A stretch of DNA of 64,000 bases, from positions 2,592,001-2,656,000 of the forward strand of contig CM000153.2 of NCBI GenBank assembly GCA_000004695.1, given 5' to 3'. A program made the translations under genes and the position numbers. The stretch comes from Dictyostelium discoideum (taxonomy: Eukaryota). Positions within the stretch are counted from its first letter, which is position 1; each line of letters starts with the position of its first letter. A model generated the notes under the pieces. It saw only the letters and a program-made list of their open reading frames with translations. It was not told where the DNA came from and did no database searches. Shown here one piece after another: positions 29,558 through 46,886 of this stretch.

Positions 29558-31305
29558 TTAAGCCATATAATTATAAATCTTTCTGTCTTGTTTTGATCTT
29601 TCAAGATATTCTCTTTCAATTAAAGATTCGATACGTTTCTTTACAATGACTGGATTTGGAACAAAACGAGATTGAAGTTGCTTGATGACTTCAGAGACAA
29701 GATTAGAGTGTTCAAGTGTTTTACGAGCTTTCATAATACGAACGATGGAAGCTTCAATTTGATGTTTTCTATCTTCATCAACTTTATCACGAGTTTCTTT
29801 CTCTTCAACTGGTGTTTCTTTTTGAACGACTGCCATAACTTTAACACGGAATAATTTACTCTTAAATTTAGTATTAAAAGCGAATACATCGGATTCATCA
29901 ATTGATTTACTTGGTGTTGGAGTGGAGATTGAAGATGAACTACTAGATGGTGAAGTTGAAGTTGATGATGATGTTGCTGTTGTTGTTGTTGTTGTTGTTG
30001 ATGATGTTGTTGATGGTAATTCTCTATCTAAAATTTTATTCTTTGGATTTGTTAAAGCTAAAAGATTTCTCTTTAAATCAATAGTTGGAATACCAGTTTG
30101 ATCAGCAATCTCTTTAAAGGTTAATTTCGATTGGTCATTAAAGAGTAATAAGATGACCATTTGATAGGAGGAAACTTGAAGTTCGTGAGATTTCGAAGGG
30201 AAGTTTGCTTTAATTTCTGCGGTACCCATATTAGTTTGCCATAACAATAGACGACCATTATGATTTGATAGATAATAAGATTTGAAAGCCTCACAACATA
30301 AGAGGATTTCACGAGGTAAATTACAGTTTGCAGTGTTTTGAGTTGGCCAAAAACCAGTGGTTAAAACGTGAACATTCAAATCGATTGGTAATGCCTTCTT
30401 TAGATTTTGAATATAAGTTTTAAAACCACTCATTGTATCTTGTGATAATCTCATATCGGTGAACATACCCTCCAATTTAGATGTGAATTGATAGCCACAT
30501 TCTGTCTTTAACTTTGCAATCATGTTACGTTCTGCATCGTCTGATATACTTCTACCCAATAATAAACGTTTTGCTAAATGTTGTTTATAGTATTTTTCAA
30601 ATACATCCTTTTCTTGAATTAATCTAAACAACATCAATATCTTATCCAATATGATATCAACCTCTTCTTCACTAACTCCTTTTAATCCTTTCTTTAATTT
30701 CTCATCAATAAATAATGAAATATATTCTGGTGATTTTGGATTTAAATTTATAAAATATTCAAATGCCTAATAATAAAAATTTTAAAAAAAAAAAAAAATA
30801 ATTAGTAAAAACATAAAAAAAAAATAAAAAATATATATATATATATTTTTTTTTTTTATAGTTTTAAAAACTTACTTGTTGAATTGAATGAATGAATTGT
30901 TTATCATTATATAATGCATTTTGTAAAAGGTTATCATATTTATCTTTAAGATCTAATAATGATTGGAAATAAGTACCTGATTCTTTTGTCTAGATTTATT
31001 AATTATTATTATTTTTAAAATAAAAAAAATATTAATATCATGATATTAATTCCTTTTTTTTTTTTTACTTTTATTTTATAAATTATAAATTATATATTTA
31101 CCTTTTCTTCATCCATTACTATTCCTCTACCAATTTCTTTAACATAACTACTAATTACATCTTTCATTAAATTTAAACCATCTGATACTCTACTAAATAA
31201 ATTATACATTCTCTTTAAATCTTCAATCTTATCATCTTTTAACATTGAAATTAAACCAGAGTTTTCCATCTTTTTTTTTTTTTTTTGAAAAAAATAATTT
31301 ATTAA

Positions 31306-31347
<42 letters not shown>

Positions 31348-32319
31348 ATTATTTATTTTATAACTTACATCAATTAAAGTTCTCATATGATTTGAAATTA
31401 ATTGTTTTTCACAAACTTCTTTTAATTTTGGTTCAGAACTACTATCTAAATAATGTGAAACTCTTTCCAACTCTTCTTTTAAGCAAATTTCAACCTTTTT
31501 CATATAATCTGGACAACTACATGTTTGAATGAGAGTTTGTGATTGTGCTTGATAATGTGATGATGTCTTTAATAACAATGGTTTTTCAAAGTCTTCAATA
31601 TATACATTTTTAGAATTAACTCCTAAATCAATTAACATTTGAACTATATTTTTTATTAAAATTCTAAATTTAAAAAAAAAAAACAAAAAAAAAAAATAAA
31701 TAAATAATTAATACTATATTAATTATTATTTTATAAAACCACAACTAATAATAATAATAATAATAAATAATAATTTTAAAAAATTATAAATTTACCTATC
31801 AATAACTTCACCTTCTCTTTCTTTTTGTACCATTGATAAGAGAGTATTTAATAATCTATCTTTAATTGTTGAACAATGAGCCACATTATCTCTGAAAAGG
31901 TAAAGTCCAAGATCAAAAACACTAGAGAGATTATTTTGTTTAACATAGTTTCTATCCATATACATCAAGATATCTCTAATCATTAACATTGAAGTCTTGT
32001 GATTGATCCAACTCGAGTTTAATTCTAGTAGAAACTTTTCATCGATTGATTCTGATACAGTTTTAGCAACCGCTTTCAAATGTTTATCGACCATCTTCTT
32101 TAGATTATTGTATAATAAATCACCATGTTTTTGTAATACCATATTGTATCCGTTTCTATACAACTCTTCAAATGAGAGATTACTTGCATTTTGTTGATGA
32201 ATTTGTCTCATTGCTGTCTTTAATAATTTCCACGTTCTCTTTGGAAAATCTGGATCCGCTAATACTCCATGACTTTGTAAATTCTTGAATTGAATTTTAC
32301 CATTTGGTTTTGCCATCAT
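29558..32319 (-). CDS. culC: Cullin-3. Five exons: complement(join(29558..30766,30875..30989,31102..31269,31369..31663,31796..32319)).
   Basis: Collinear with CUL3 end to end: N-terminus ..LSFEELYRNGYNMVLQKHG..MIRDILMYMDRNYV..EREGEVIDR|ILIKNIVQMLIDLG..DYMKKVEICLKEELERV..LISNHMRTLID|MENSGLISMLK..|TKESGTYFQSLLDLKDKYD..|AFEYFINLN..IVRIMKARK..EREYLERSKQDRKIYNYMA. Donors GTAAAT, GTAAGT, GTAAAT, GTAAGT. The E4/E5 junction shows a 1-nt phase anomaly (see findings). Confidence 0.85.
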
Positions 32320-32898
32320 TTTTAAAAAATTATTATTATTTTTTAAAAAAAAAAAAATTTATTTTTGTTTTATTTATACTAAATTATTTCTTTTTTTATA
32401 TATGTTTTTATAATTATATATTATTTACAATTTTCTTTTTTTTTTTTTTTTTTTTTTTTATTTTATTCTTTTTATATATTTATATCTATTCTACAATTTT
32501 TTTGTATGTACACACATATATATATAATTAATTAATTATATCTTTATATTTTATATGATAATATTGATATTACTATTAATAATTAATTTAATTATTATTA
32601 TTATTAAAAAAAAAAAAAAAAACTAATCTACAATTAACTATTATTCTAATATAAAATAATAATGGTGATAATAATAATAAAAACTATTGAGATTTTAAAA
32701 GGAATCTATGCCTTCTTTTTCTATTAGTTTTTAAAAAGAAAAAAAAAAAAAAATAAAGATGTTAGAATACTTTTTTTTTGTTTTTTTCTCTTTGTTTTTA
32801 TTGTTGATTAGTTTTCTATCTGTCAAATTTATAAACAAAATTATTTTTCAATTTTTTTTTTTTTTTTTTTATATTAAAAAAAAAAAATTAAAAAAATG

Positions 32899-32930
<32 letters not shown>

Positions 32931-33157
32931 TTTCGCACACTAATTTTTTTATTAATTGTTTTATTTATTTTAATTTATATTTTTTTTTTTTTTTTATTAA
33001 TATGTGGGTGTGTTGAGTGGTACTATTATCATGAATTATTATTATCATTATATTAATTATCATTATTAATTTTGATTATCTTCACATATTACTTTTTTTT
33101 TTGTTTATTATTTTATTTTTTATTATTATTTTTTTTTTTTTTATTTTTATTTTTCAT

Positions 33158-33190
<33 letters not shown>

Positions 33191-33532
33191 TTCTTTTTTT
33201 TTTATAAAATTTATGTTCCAAAACTTACAAATTAAATAAATAGTATTTGAATAAATAAAACAAATATTTGTGTTGAGTGAAAAAAAAAAAAAAAAAATGA
33301 AAAATGGAAAAAAAAAAAAAAAAAAAATGAAAAAATCAACACAAATTTTCTATTTATATGAATATTCAATGAATGTAATATTACCAATATATTTCAAAAA
33401 AATTTTTTAATAATTTCAAAAAAAAAAATTTGAAAAAAAATGAAAAAAAATGAAAAATAAAAATTTAAAAAATATAAAAAATGTAAATTTGATCATGTGT
33501 TTCGTTGTTGTTGTTTTTCACCTTGTGGCACC

Positions 33533-33566
<34 letters not shown>

Positions 33567-33736
33567 TAAATAAATAAAAAAGCAGCTGATTAAATTGCCA
33601 TAAAAATGAAATTATAAAATAAAATGTTTCGTCTGATATTATTACAATTTAGATTATTTTTATTTTTAACTTTTTTTTAGTTTCCTTATATATCAAAAAA
33701 ATTACTTTTTTTTTTATTTCTTCTTTTCCAAATATA

Positions 33737-33773
<37 letters not shown>

Positions 33774-33776
33774 TGA

Positions 33777-33957
33777 TTATTCTTGTTTATACAAAAGATT
33801 TACAAATTCCAGTATGTGTTGCTTTGAAATTTCTACTATATCACCATTTGATACCATTTCATCAAGAATAAAATGTGCTTTATCCAAATTAAACATAATC
33901 TAAATATTAATAAATAAAATTAATGAATAAAAAATTAATAAATATCATTATTATTAT

Positions 33958-33991
<34 letters not shown>

Positions 33992-34348
33992 TACATCTAA
34001 CTCACACTATATTTGCAAATATTGATTGATTATAAAGAAGAAGAGATTATGGTTCGATTAGTTTAATAAATTAAAAATTATTAAATAAATTATTATAGAG
34101 ATAAAAAAAAAAAAACTTACAACATTATCAAAACAACTATCTAAAATTTCTACATAATTATGAATGAGTTCTAAAATTGCTAATTCATTTTCAGTTGTAT
34201 CAACACCAACAATAAAAAATAATGTTGCATACTTTCTATATATGACTTTATAATCTTTATATTCTACAAATGAACACTTTTTATTATAAACAATATATAT
34301 ATTAAAATGATGAAACTTTTGTTAATATACAATACTATAGTAGGTATA

Positions 34349-34413
<65 letters not shown>

Positions 34414-34566
34414 AAATAAACTTACTTGAATTTCAGTTCTTGATAAACATTTTCTAATAATTTCACTTTCCATTGCTGGTCTTTCTTCAAATGGTATTGA
34501 TTCATAATATTGCGATAATCTAGTTTTACCCCGAATATTTACAAGTAAAAAATATTTAATAGCCAT
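33777..34566 (-). CDS. ap4s1: AP-4 adaptor complex sigma subunit (small adaptin). Four exons including a 12-nt micro-exon: complement(join(33777..33899,33995..34006,34121..34276,34426..34566)).
   Basis: [47 protein letters not shown]|[52 protein letters not shown]|CELD|[23 protein letters not shown].. is closest to AP-4 sigma. The micro-exon TGTGAGTTAGAT is flanked by atatag and GTATGT. The (ATT)n repeat at 34350-34410 lies in intron 1. Confidence 0.8.
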
Positions 34567-34850
34567 AATTAAAATATGTTTTCGTCATCAAAATAAAAAA
34601 AAAAAAAAAAAAAAAATGAAGATTTTTTTTTTTTTCAAAAAAAATAAAAATAAAAAAAAAAAATTAAAATAAAAAAATAAATAAAAAAAAGCGATAGCGA
34701 AAATAAAATAACATTTTTGCAAACCATAAATAAAAAACAAATAAAAAAATATATTAAAAAATGTTTTTTATTTAATTTTTTTTTTTTTTAATTATAATTT
34801 TATCTTTTCCTATTTCTATTTATTATTATTTTTTTTTAAAAAATAATAAC

Positions 34851-35138
34851 TTATTTTGGTGGTTCAGTTTCTGGATCTAAATCTTTATGTTCCATACAAA
34901 CACCACAACAAATTCCTACTGCAGTATTACGAGCAAAAAATATTTGACCTGCACGGACATTACATTGGCCTGGAAATTGATCGGTACAAACAACATTCAT
35001 ACATGGGTTCTTTGGGTCAGTAATAATACTATTTAAATATGTTGAATCATAATAAACTTCTTCATTTGATAATGATAATTTGAATGAACAATATAATACA
35101 ATAGCTATTATTAAAATATTTAATAATTTAATATTCAT
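34851..35138 (-). CDS. Small secreted Cys-rich protein, 95 aa, single exon, unknown family.
   Basis: ATG start, signal-peptide-like MNIKLLNILIIAIVLYCSFKLSLS, 8 Cys in the pattern C..VVCTDQFPGQC....CCGVC. Clean stop. No family assignable from sequence alone. Confidence 0.45.
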   Translation of the reverse strand: MNIKLLNILIIAIVLYCSFKLSLSNEEVYYDSTYLNSIITDPKNPCMNVVCTDQFPGQCNVRAGQIFFARNTAVGICCGVCMEHKDLDPETEPPK

Positions 35139-36237
35139 TTTCCTTATTTTTTCTTTGATTTTCTCTTTATCTATTTGTTTATTTTTTGAAAATGTTTTTT
35201 TTTTTTTTTTTTTTAAAAATATTTATCAAAGAATGCAAAGAAATATTTATTTTTTTTTTAAATTTATTTTTTTATTTTAACTTTCCTTTTATATATTTTT
35301 TTTTTTTAAATTTTATAATTAAAAAATAAAAATTATTATAATAAATTTTAGACAGTTGTTACAATTGTAATATTTTTGTCATTTTACTAAAAAAACTTAA
35401 TACTCTCTCATTAATGGAAAATAACAATAATAGTAAAAATCCCAACTCATATTATGAATGCCCAAACACCATCTTGTTTTTTTCAAAAAAATAATAATAA
35501 ATGAAAAAAAAAAAAAAAAAAAACAAAAAATTAATCAAATACATTAAACAAACATATTTGCAACTTTTTTAAAATTATCCAATTTGGGTAAACAGTAATT
35601 TTATATTATGTTGTAATTAATTGTTTAATTTTTTTTTTTTTTTTTATAATTATGAATAATAAAAAAATAAAAATAAAAATAAAAATAAAAAAAAATTATA
35701 ACCACAAATTATTTTTGCATAGAACTATTGAACATATTAATATTTTTTATAATAATTAACCCTTATGTGTTTAAAAAAGGGTTAAATTTTTTGAATTTTT
35801 TTTTTTATTTCTATTTTTAAACACACATAAGCACAATTATTATTCTTTACTATATACGATTTGGATGATTCTTTTTTTTCTTTTTTTTTTTTTAATGATA
35901 TATTTTCATATTTGTTTAGTGAGGTGGTGGTGGGGTTTTTTAGTGTTTTCCAAAAATTAATAAATTTTACATTGCAATTTTTTTTTTTGTAATACAAAGT
36001 TTTAAATTAATTCCCAAGATTCTTTTTTTTTTTCAATTTATTTATACATCTTGTAAAATTTATAGTTTTTTTAATTCATATCTTTTGATTTTGTTTTTTT
36101 ATATAATTTTTTATATATTTAATTTTTTATATCCAATTATATTTTTAATTTTTAATAATACTTTATTTTATAAAAATTAAAATAAAAATAAAAATAAAAA
36201 TAAAAATAAAATAATTAAATCAAATTAATAAAAAAAA

Positions 36238-37073
36238 ATGAAATTAAAAATTAATATTAGACCAAACGAAATAATATTTTTAATTTGTATAGTTGTAATA
36301 TTTTCATTTTCATATACATTAACATATTTTGATAGTCCAATTTTTAAAGAACATTATATTACAAACAATGGTAATGATTTTGGAGTTGAAAATCATTTTG
36401 TAACTTATCATTCAACTTACAAAGAAGATATTCACAAAAGAATAATTGACCCACACCATGGATTAATTCAAGAGATTACAAAAACATTTTATCCAGTTTC
36501 TTCTCCACTTGAAAAATTATTTTCATTCTCTGATAATATTTTAATTGTTCTCATAATAGTTCAAGTAATAGTTGGTTTCTTAATATTTTTATTATCTGTT
36601 GAAAAATTAAGTAAATGCAATTATCAATTAAAATCAATATTTTCAACAAAATCAACATTTTATATAAATAATAATAATAATAATAATAATGAAGATATAA
36701 ATAATAATAATAACAATAATAATAATAATAATAATAAAAATAAAAATGATGAACGTAATAATGAAGAAATTGAAGATGAAGAAACAATTAGAAAAGAAAA
36801 AATATTAATTATTAAGAAAAAAAGAGATATTTTATTAGCAATAATTATATTCTTTTTAGTATTGTTAGGAGTTTTAACAATTATTTATGTTTCATTTATA
36901 CCATTAAATATTAGAAAAGCATTCATTGGACAACAATTTTATTATAAAGGTTCAATCGATCCATTATGTGCTGACATATCAAATGAAGGTGATCATCACA
37001 TTGGTAAATGTAAATCATTAAATGGTAGAATTGGTAATGTTAATGATAAAATTGTAAATATTGATTTTTTTAT

Positions 37074-37124
<51 letters not shown>

Positions 37125-37146
37125 TCATTTTACTTATTTATTGTTT

Positions 37147-37181
<35 letters not shown>

Positions 37182-37380
37182 GTTTGGATATTCATGGAGT
37201 TTAGATTCTGGATTATTTAATGTTAAAATTGTATTTTTCTCAACTATTTTAATTGAATTTTTAACCGGTTGTTTAATATTATTAATGAAATTTAAAAAAG
37301 ATCCAAATATTGTACCTTTAACAAAACCATCAATTGCATCACCAACTCAAATCCCACATTTATTCTGTATTGCAAAATAA
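36238..37380 (+). CDS. Multi-pass membrane protein of unknown function with an internal poly-N/acidic loop. Proposed join(36238..37053,37183..37380).
   Basis: The 314-codon ORF has several hydrophobic helices. It reads through a KKKK/(TATTT)n tract that is better explained as an intron (ATT|GTAAAT donor, tttatttag acceptor at 37181-82). Exon 2 FGYSWSLDSGLFNVKIVFFSTILIEFLTGCLILLM.. ends CIAK. Confidence 0.5.
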
Positions 37381-37449
37381 AATAAAATAAAATAATCTCC
37401 CCCACATTTATTTATTTATTTTTTTATTTATAATGTTTTTTTTTTTTTT

Positions 37450-38669
37450 TTAATTTTCTTTTGTAAAAGATAAAACACCATAACTAACAGAAGAATCAGA
37501 AGATTTAATAACTTTACTTGATTGTTCATAATAGAGTGATGAGATATTATATTTAAATTGACTATTTTTTGTGATCCATAACATTACAGCAATTGGACAT
37601 CTACCACAAATTGTATTCTTTGTTTCTTTTAAATATTTTGAGAATTGAACAGGGTCACCACTTTCAATGATTTCCATTCCTTTTCTATCCAATTCTTCAA
37701 TGTATTTATAGATTGGGACCTCTTTATTCTCATATCTAGTATAACCAAATCTTTCACCCCAATGACAGAAATCTGATGAAATTACAAAAAAGTTTTCTGG
37801 ATCATCAAAATATGGTGCTAATATCTTTCCATATAACTCTTCCAAATCAATTGATAAACTTCCAACCATAATTGGTACAATACTTAATTCTAATAATCTC
37901 CTATTATATTTATTATTTATTTATTTATTTATTATTATTATTATAAAAACTTGTGTTAATATATTAAAAAAAAAAGGAATGGATGAATGAATGTATTTGA
38001 TAAATACTTTTCAGCAACTTTTGCAATATATGGTAATTGCAATTCTAAACTATGTTCATCTTCATCTACACTTTTTGTATTCCAAATGAAACTACCAGTA
38101 TCAAAGAGTTTATTTGTGGTATCTTTATCAACCTTTAAATTACCAATTGGTGTTTCCCATGTATCTAATTTAGTTAAACCACAAGTTTTCATATATACAT
38201 GATGTGATGGCCCTAAAATAAATACTCTCTTACTTTAATAATGATAATAATAATAATAATAATAATAGTAATTAGTACCAGTTAAAGATATAATTAAATA
38301 AAAAAAATAAAAAAAAATAATAAAATAAAGTAATAACTTACTAATTCTCTGGAATTAAATTAATATATGCATAAGCTGCTGCTCTACCACTGTAAGAATA
38401 ACCTGCATGTCTATTATTAATTATTAATGGTTATTAATTATTTTTAATTTTTAATGATTATAAATGATTATTAATTATTTTTAATTATTAATGATTATTA
38501 ATTATTAATAGTAAATATTTAGAAAAAGGTTACAAACATACGGTGCTATAATTGATTTGACATTTTGATTTTGACGAGAAGCTTCGCTTAACCAATCCGA
38601 TAATTGTTTCTCTAATTTCCTTGCATTGTCTAAATACCAACTACCTGCGTGTGTACAATTTCTAATCAT
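37450..38669 (-). CDS. MEMO1 homologue (mediator of cell motility 1 / UPF0103 family). Four exons: complement(join(37450..37900,38008..38232,38342..38410,38542..38669)).
   Basis: [34 protein letters not shown]|[22 protein letters not shown]|[56 protein letters not shown]|[53 protein letters not shown] is collinear with MEMO1. Donors GTATGT, GTAAGT, GTATTT. Phases 2/2/2 are consistent. Confidence 0.85.
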
Positions 38670-38832
38670 TATTGACCAATTTATTAAATAAAAAAAAATA
38701 AAAAAAAAAAGAAATATTTATATACAGTAGGGAAAAAAAAAAAAAAAAGTAAAGAAAAAGAAAAAGAAATATTTATACACAATAGAGAGAAAAAAAAAAA
38801 TAAAATAAAATTAACAATGAGTGGGTGTTTTA

Positions 38833-38865
<33 letters not shown>

Positions 38866-39199
38866 TTGGATAAAAAAAAAAATTTAATTAAAAAAAAAAA
38901 AAAAAAAAAAAGAAAGAAAATGCTTGTGGTTTTGGGAATTTTGAAAGGGTGATCATCTTATTTTCATAAATTAAATTCTTGATTAAGATTTTTTTTTTAT
39001 ATTTTTTTTTTTTTTTTTTGGATACCTAAATCTCAAAAGGAATTGCCCTTTTTTTTTTTTTCTTTTTTTTTTATACACTTTTTTTAATTTTTTATTTTTA
39101 TTTTTAAATACTTTTTTTTTTTTATTTTTTATTTTTCATTTTTTTTTCTTCTATATATATATCCAATTTTATGTATATATATTTAAATATAAATTAAGT

Positions 39200-39555
39200 T
39201 TAGAACCAACCTTTCTTTTCTGGGGCTGCGGCTGGAGCTTCTTGTGGGACTTCTTGACCTGGTTGAGTACCAGACATCTTTGATTGAACTTTTTTGAAGG
39301 TTTCCATCCATTTTTGAACACATCTTTCAGCACAAACACTTTCACCAACATTTAAATCACCTTCATTATATTTACTAATACATTTTGCTGAACATGCATC
39401 TAAAATTCTAAAATAAAAAAAAAACAATTAAATGATAAAAAATAAATATAATATTCCAATTTCAATTCCATTATTTTTATTTTCTAAAATATTTACCCTT
39501 GAAACATTTTAGAAATCATTTTCATTTCCATTACTTTCATTTCAACATCATCCAT
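39200..39555 (-). CDS. tim10: Mitochondrial import inner-membrane translocase small subunit Tim10 (twin CX3C). Two exons: complement(join(39200..39407,39497..39555)).
   Basis: MDDVEMKVMEMKMISKMFQ|GILDACSAKCISKYNEGDLNVGESVCAERCVQKWMETFKKVQ.. matches the Tim10 pattern C.KKCI..Y.EGELN..ES.C..RCV.KY.ET. Donor GG|GTAAAT, acceptor ttttag. Confidence 0.8.
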
Positions 39556-39797
39556 GATTATTTATATATATATTTGTTTGTGTGTTTTAATTTACAAAAA
39601 TTAAAAAAAAAAAAAAAAAAATTTTGAGAGGAGCATGAAAAACGAAAAAAATTTCAAAAATGAAAAAAAAAAAAAAAATAAAAAATAAAAATAAAAAAAA
39701 AAAATAAAATGTTTTGTTGTGATCTAAACAGTGTGTGTCTTTAAAATGCAATATGCAATTTATTTTATTTATTTATTTAATTAAAGAATAAAATAAT

Positions 39798-45863
<6,066 letters not shown>

Positions 45864-46153
45864 TATTTTTTTTTTTTTTTTTTTTTGGATTTATTTATTT
45901 TTTATTAAATCTATTTATTTTTGATTTTAATTATTTTTTTTTTTTTGGATTTTTTATTTTTTATTTTTTAATTTTATTATTAATCCAATGGTTTATTTTA
46001 TAAACCATAAAAAAAAAAAAATATTAAAACAAATTATTAAAATTAAGTGTTTTTTATTATTTATTTTTTTTATAGATTATAAATATAATTTTATGATTCA
46101 TGATATTGAGAAAAAAAAAAAAAAAGTAGGTTATTTCTTCAAGTTTTTGTTTG

Positions 46154-46186
<33 letters not shown>

Positions 46187-46615
46187 AAATTTTTTTTTTT
46201 GGAAAAAAAAGAAAAAAAAAAGATATTTTCGTGATAATCTGCAAAGAGAATCAGCTGTTGATACGTAACCTATTTTTTTAATTTTTTTATTTTTTATTTA
46301 TTTTTTTTTTTTTTTTTTTTATTTTTTTTTTTTTGCCAAGATTTTTACAAAAAAAAAAATTTAAGAGAAAAAACAAACATAAACTAAAATATTAATAATC
46401 AATTAAATGTGTTGTACTGTGGAAGTACTTTACAGAAAAATATTCGTGTATATATGAAGAATTAAAATAAAAAAATATAAAAAATAAAAAAAATATAAAA
46501 AATAAAAAAAATATTAAAAATAAAAAAATAAAAAAATAAAAATAAAAATAAAGATTTATTAATATAACATATATAAAATATAAATTAATTTTTAAAAAAT
46601 ATAAAATATAAAAAA
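45864..46615. promoter_or_regulatory. Shared divergent intergenic/promoter region between the two giant paralogues (A on -, B on +).
   Basis: Both genes' first ATG codons face outward from this 750-bp AT-rich segment with poly-A/T tracts. Inference from gene arrangement only. Confidence 0.4.
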
Positions 46616-46847
46616 ATGAATAATTTTATAATTATAATATCAATTTTTTTATTATTTTTTTCAAATCAAATTTATTCTAATCAAATTAAATTAAATGATT
46701 ATGATTATGATAATGATTTTAATGATAAAAATAGTGAAAACATTGTTCGGTATGGCTACACTTGCAGTGAGTAATCAAAAAAAAAAAAAAATAAAATAAA
46801 ATAAAAAAATAAAAAATAAAAATAGAAAATATAAAAATAAAATATCT

Positions 46848-46886
<39 letters not shown>

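Noticed and set aside
37371-37380. C-terminal CIAK of the 36238..37380 membrane protein as a CaaX prenylation box
   Set aside because: It formally fits C-a-a-X. The protein is polytopic, however, and the exon 2 assignment is itself tentative, so this is most likely chance.
37456-37869. Possibility that ORF 37450..37869 is a stand-alone gene
   Set aside because: Its sequence is the C-terminal two-thirds of MEMO1. Upstream exons with consistent phases supply the conserved N-terminus, so it is part of a 4-exon gene.
39169-39351. 60-aa ORF overlapping the Tim10 gene in another frame
   Set aside because: The overlapping frame encodes a textbook twin-CX3C Tim10 protein, so this ORF is a frame artefact.
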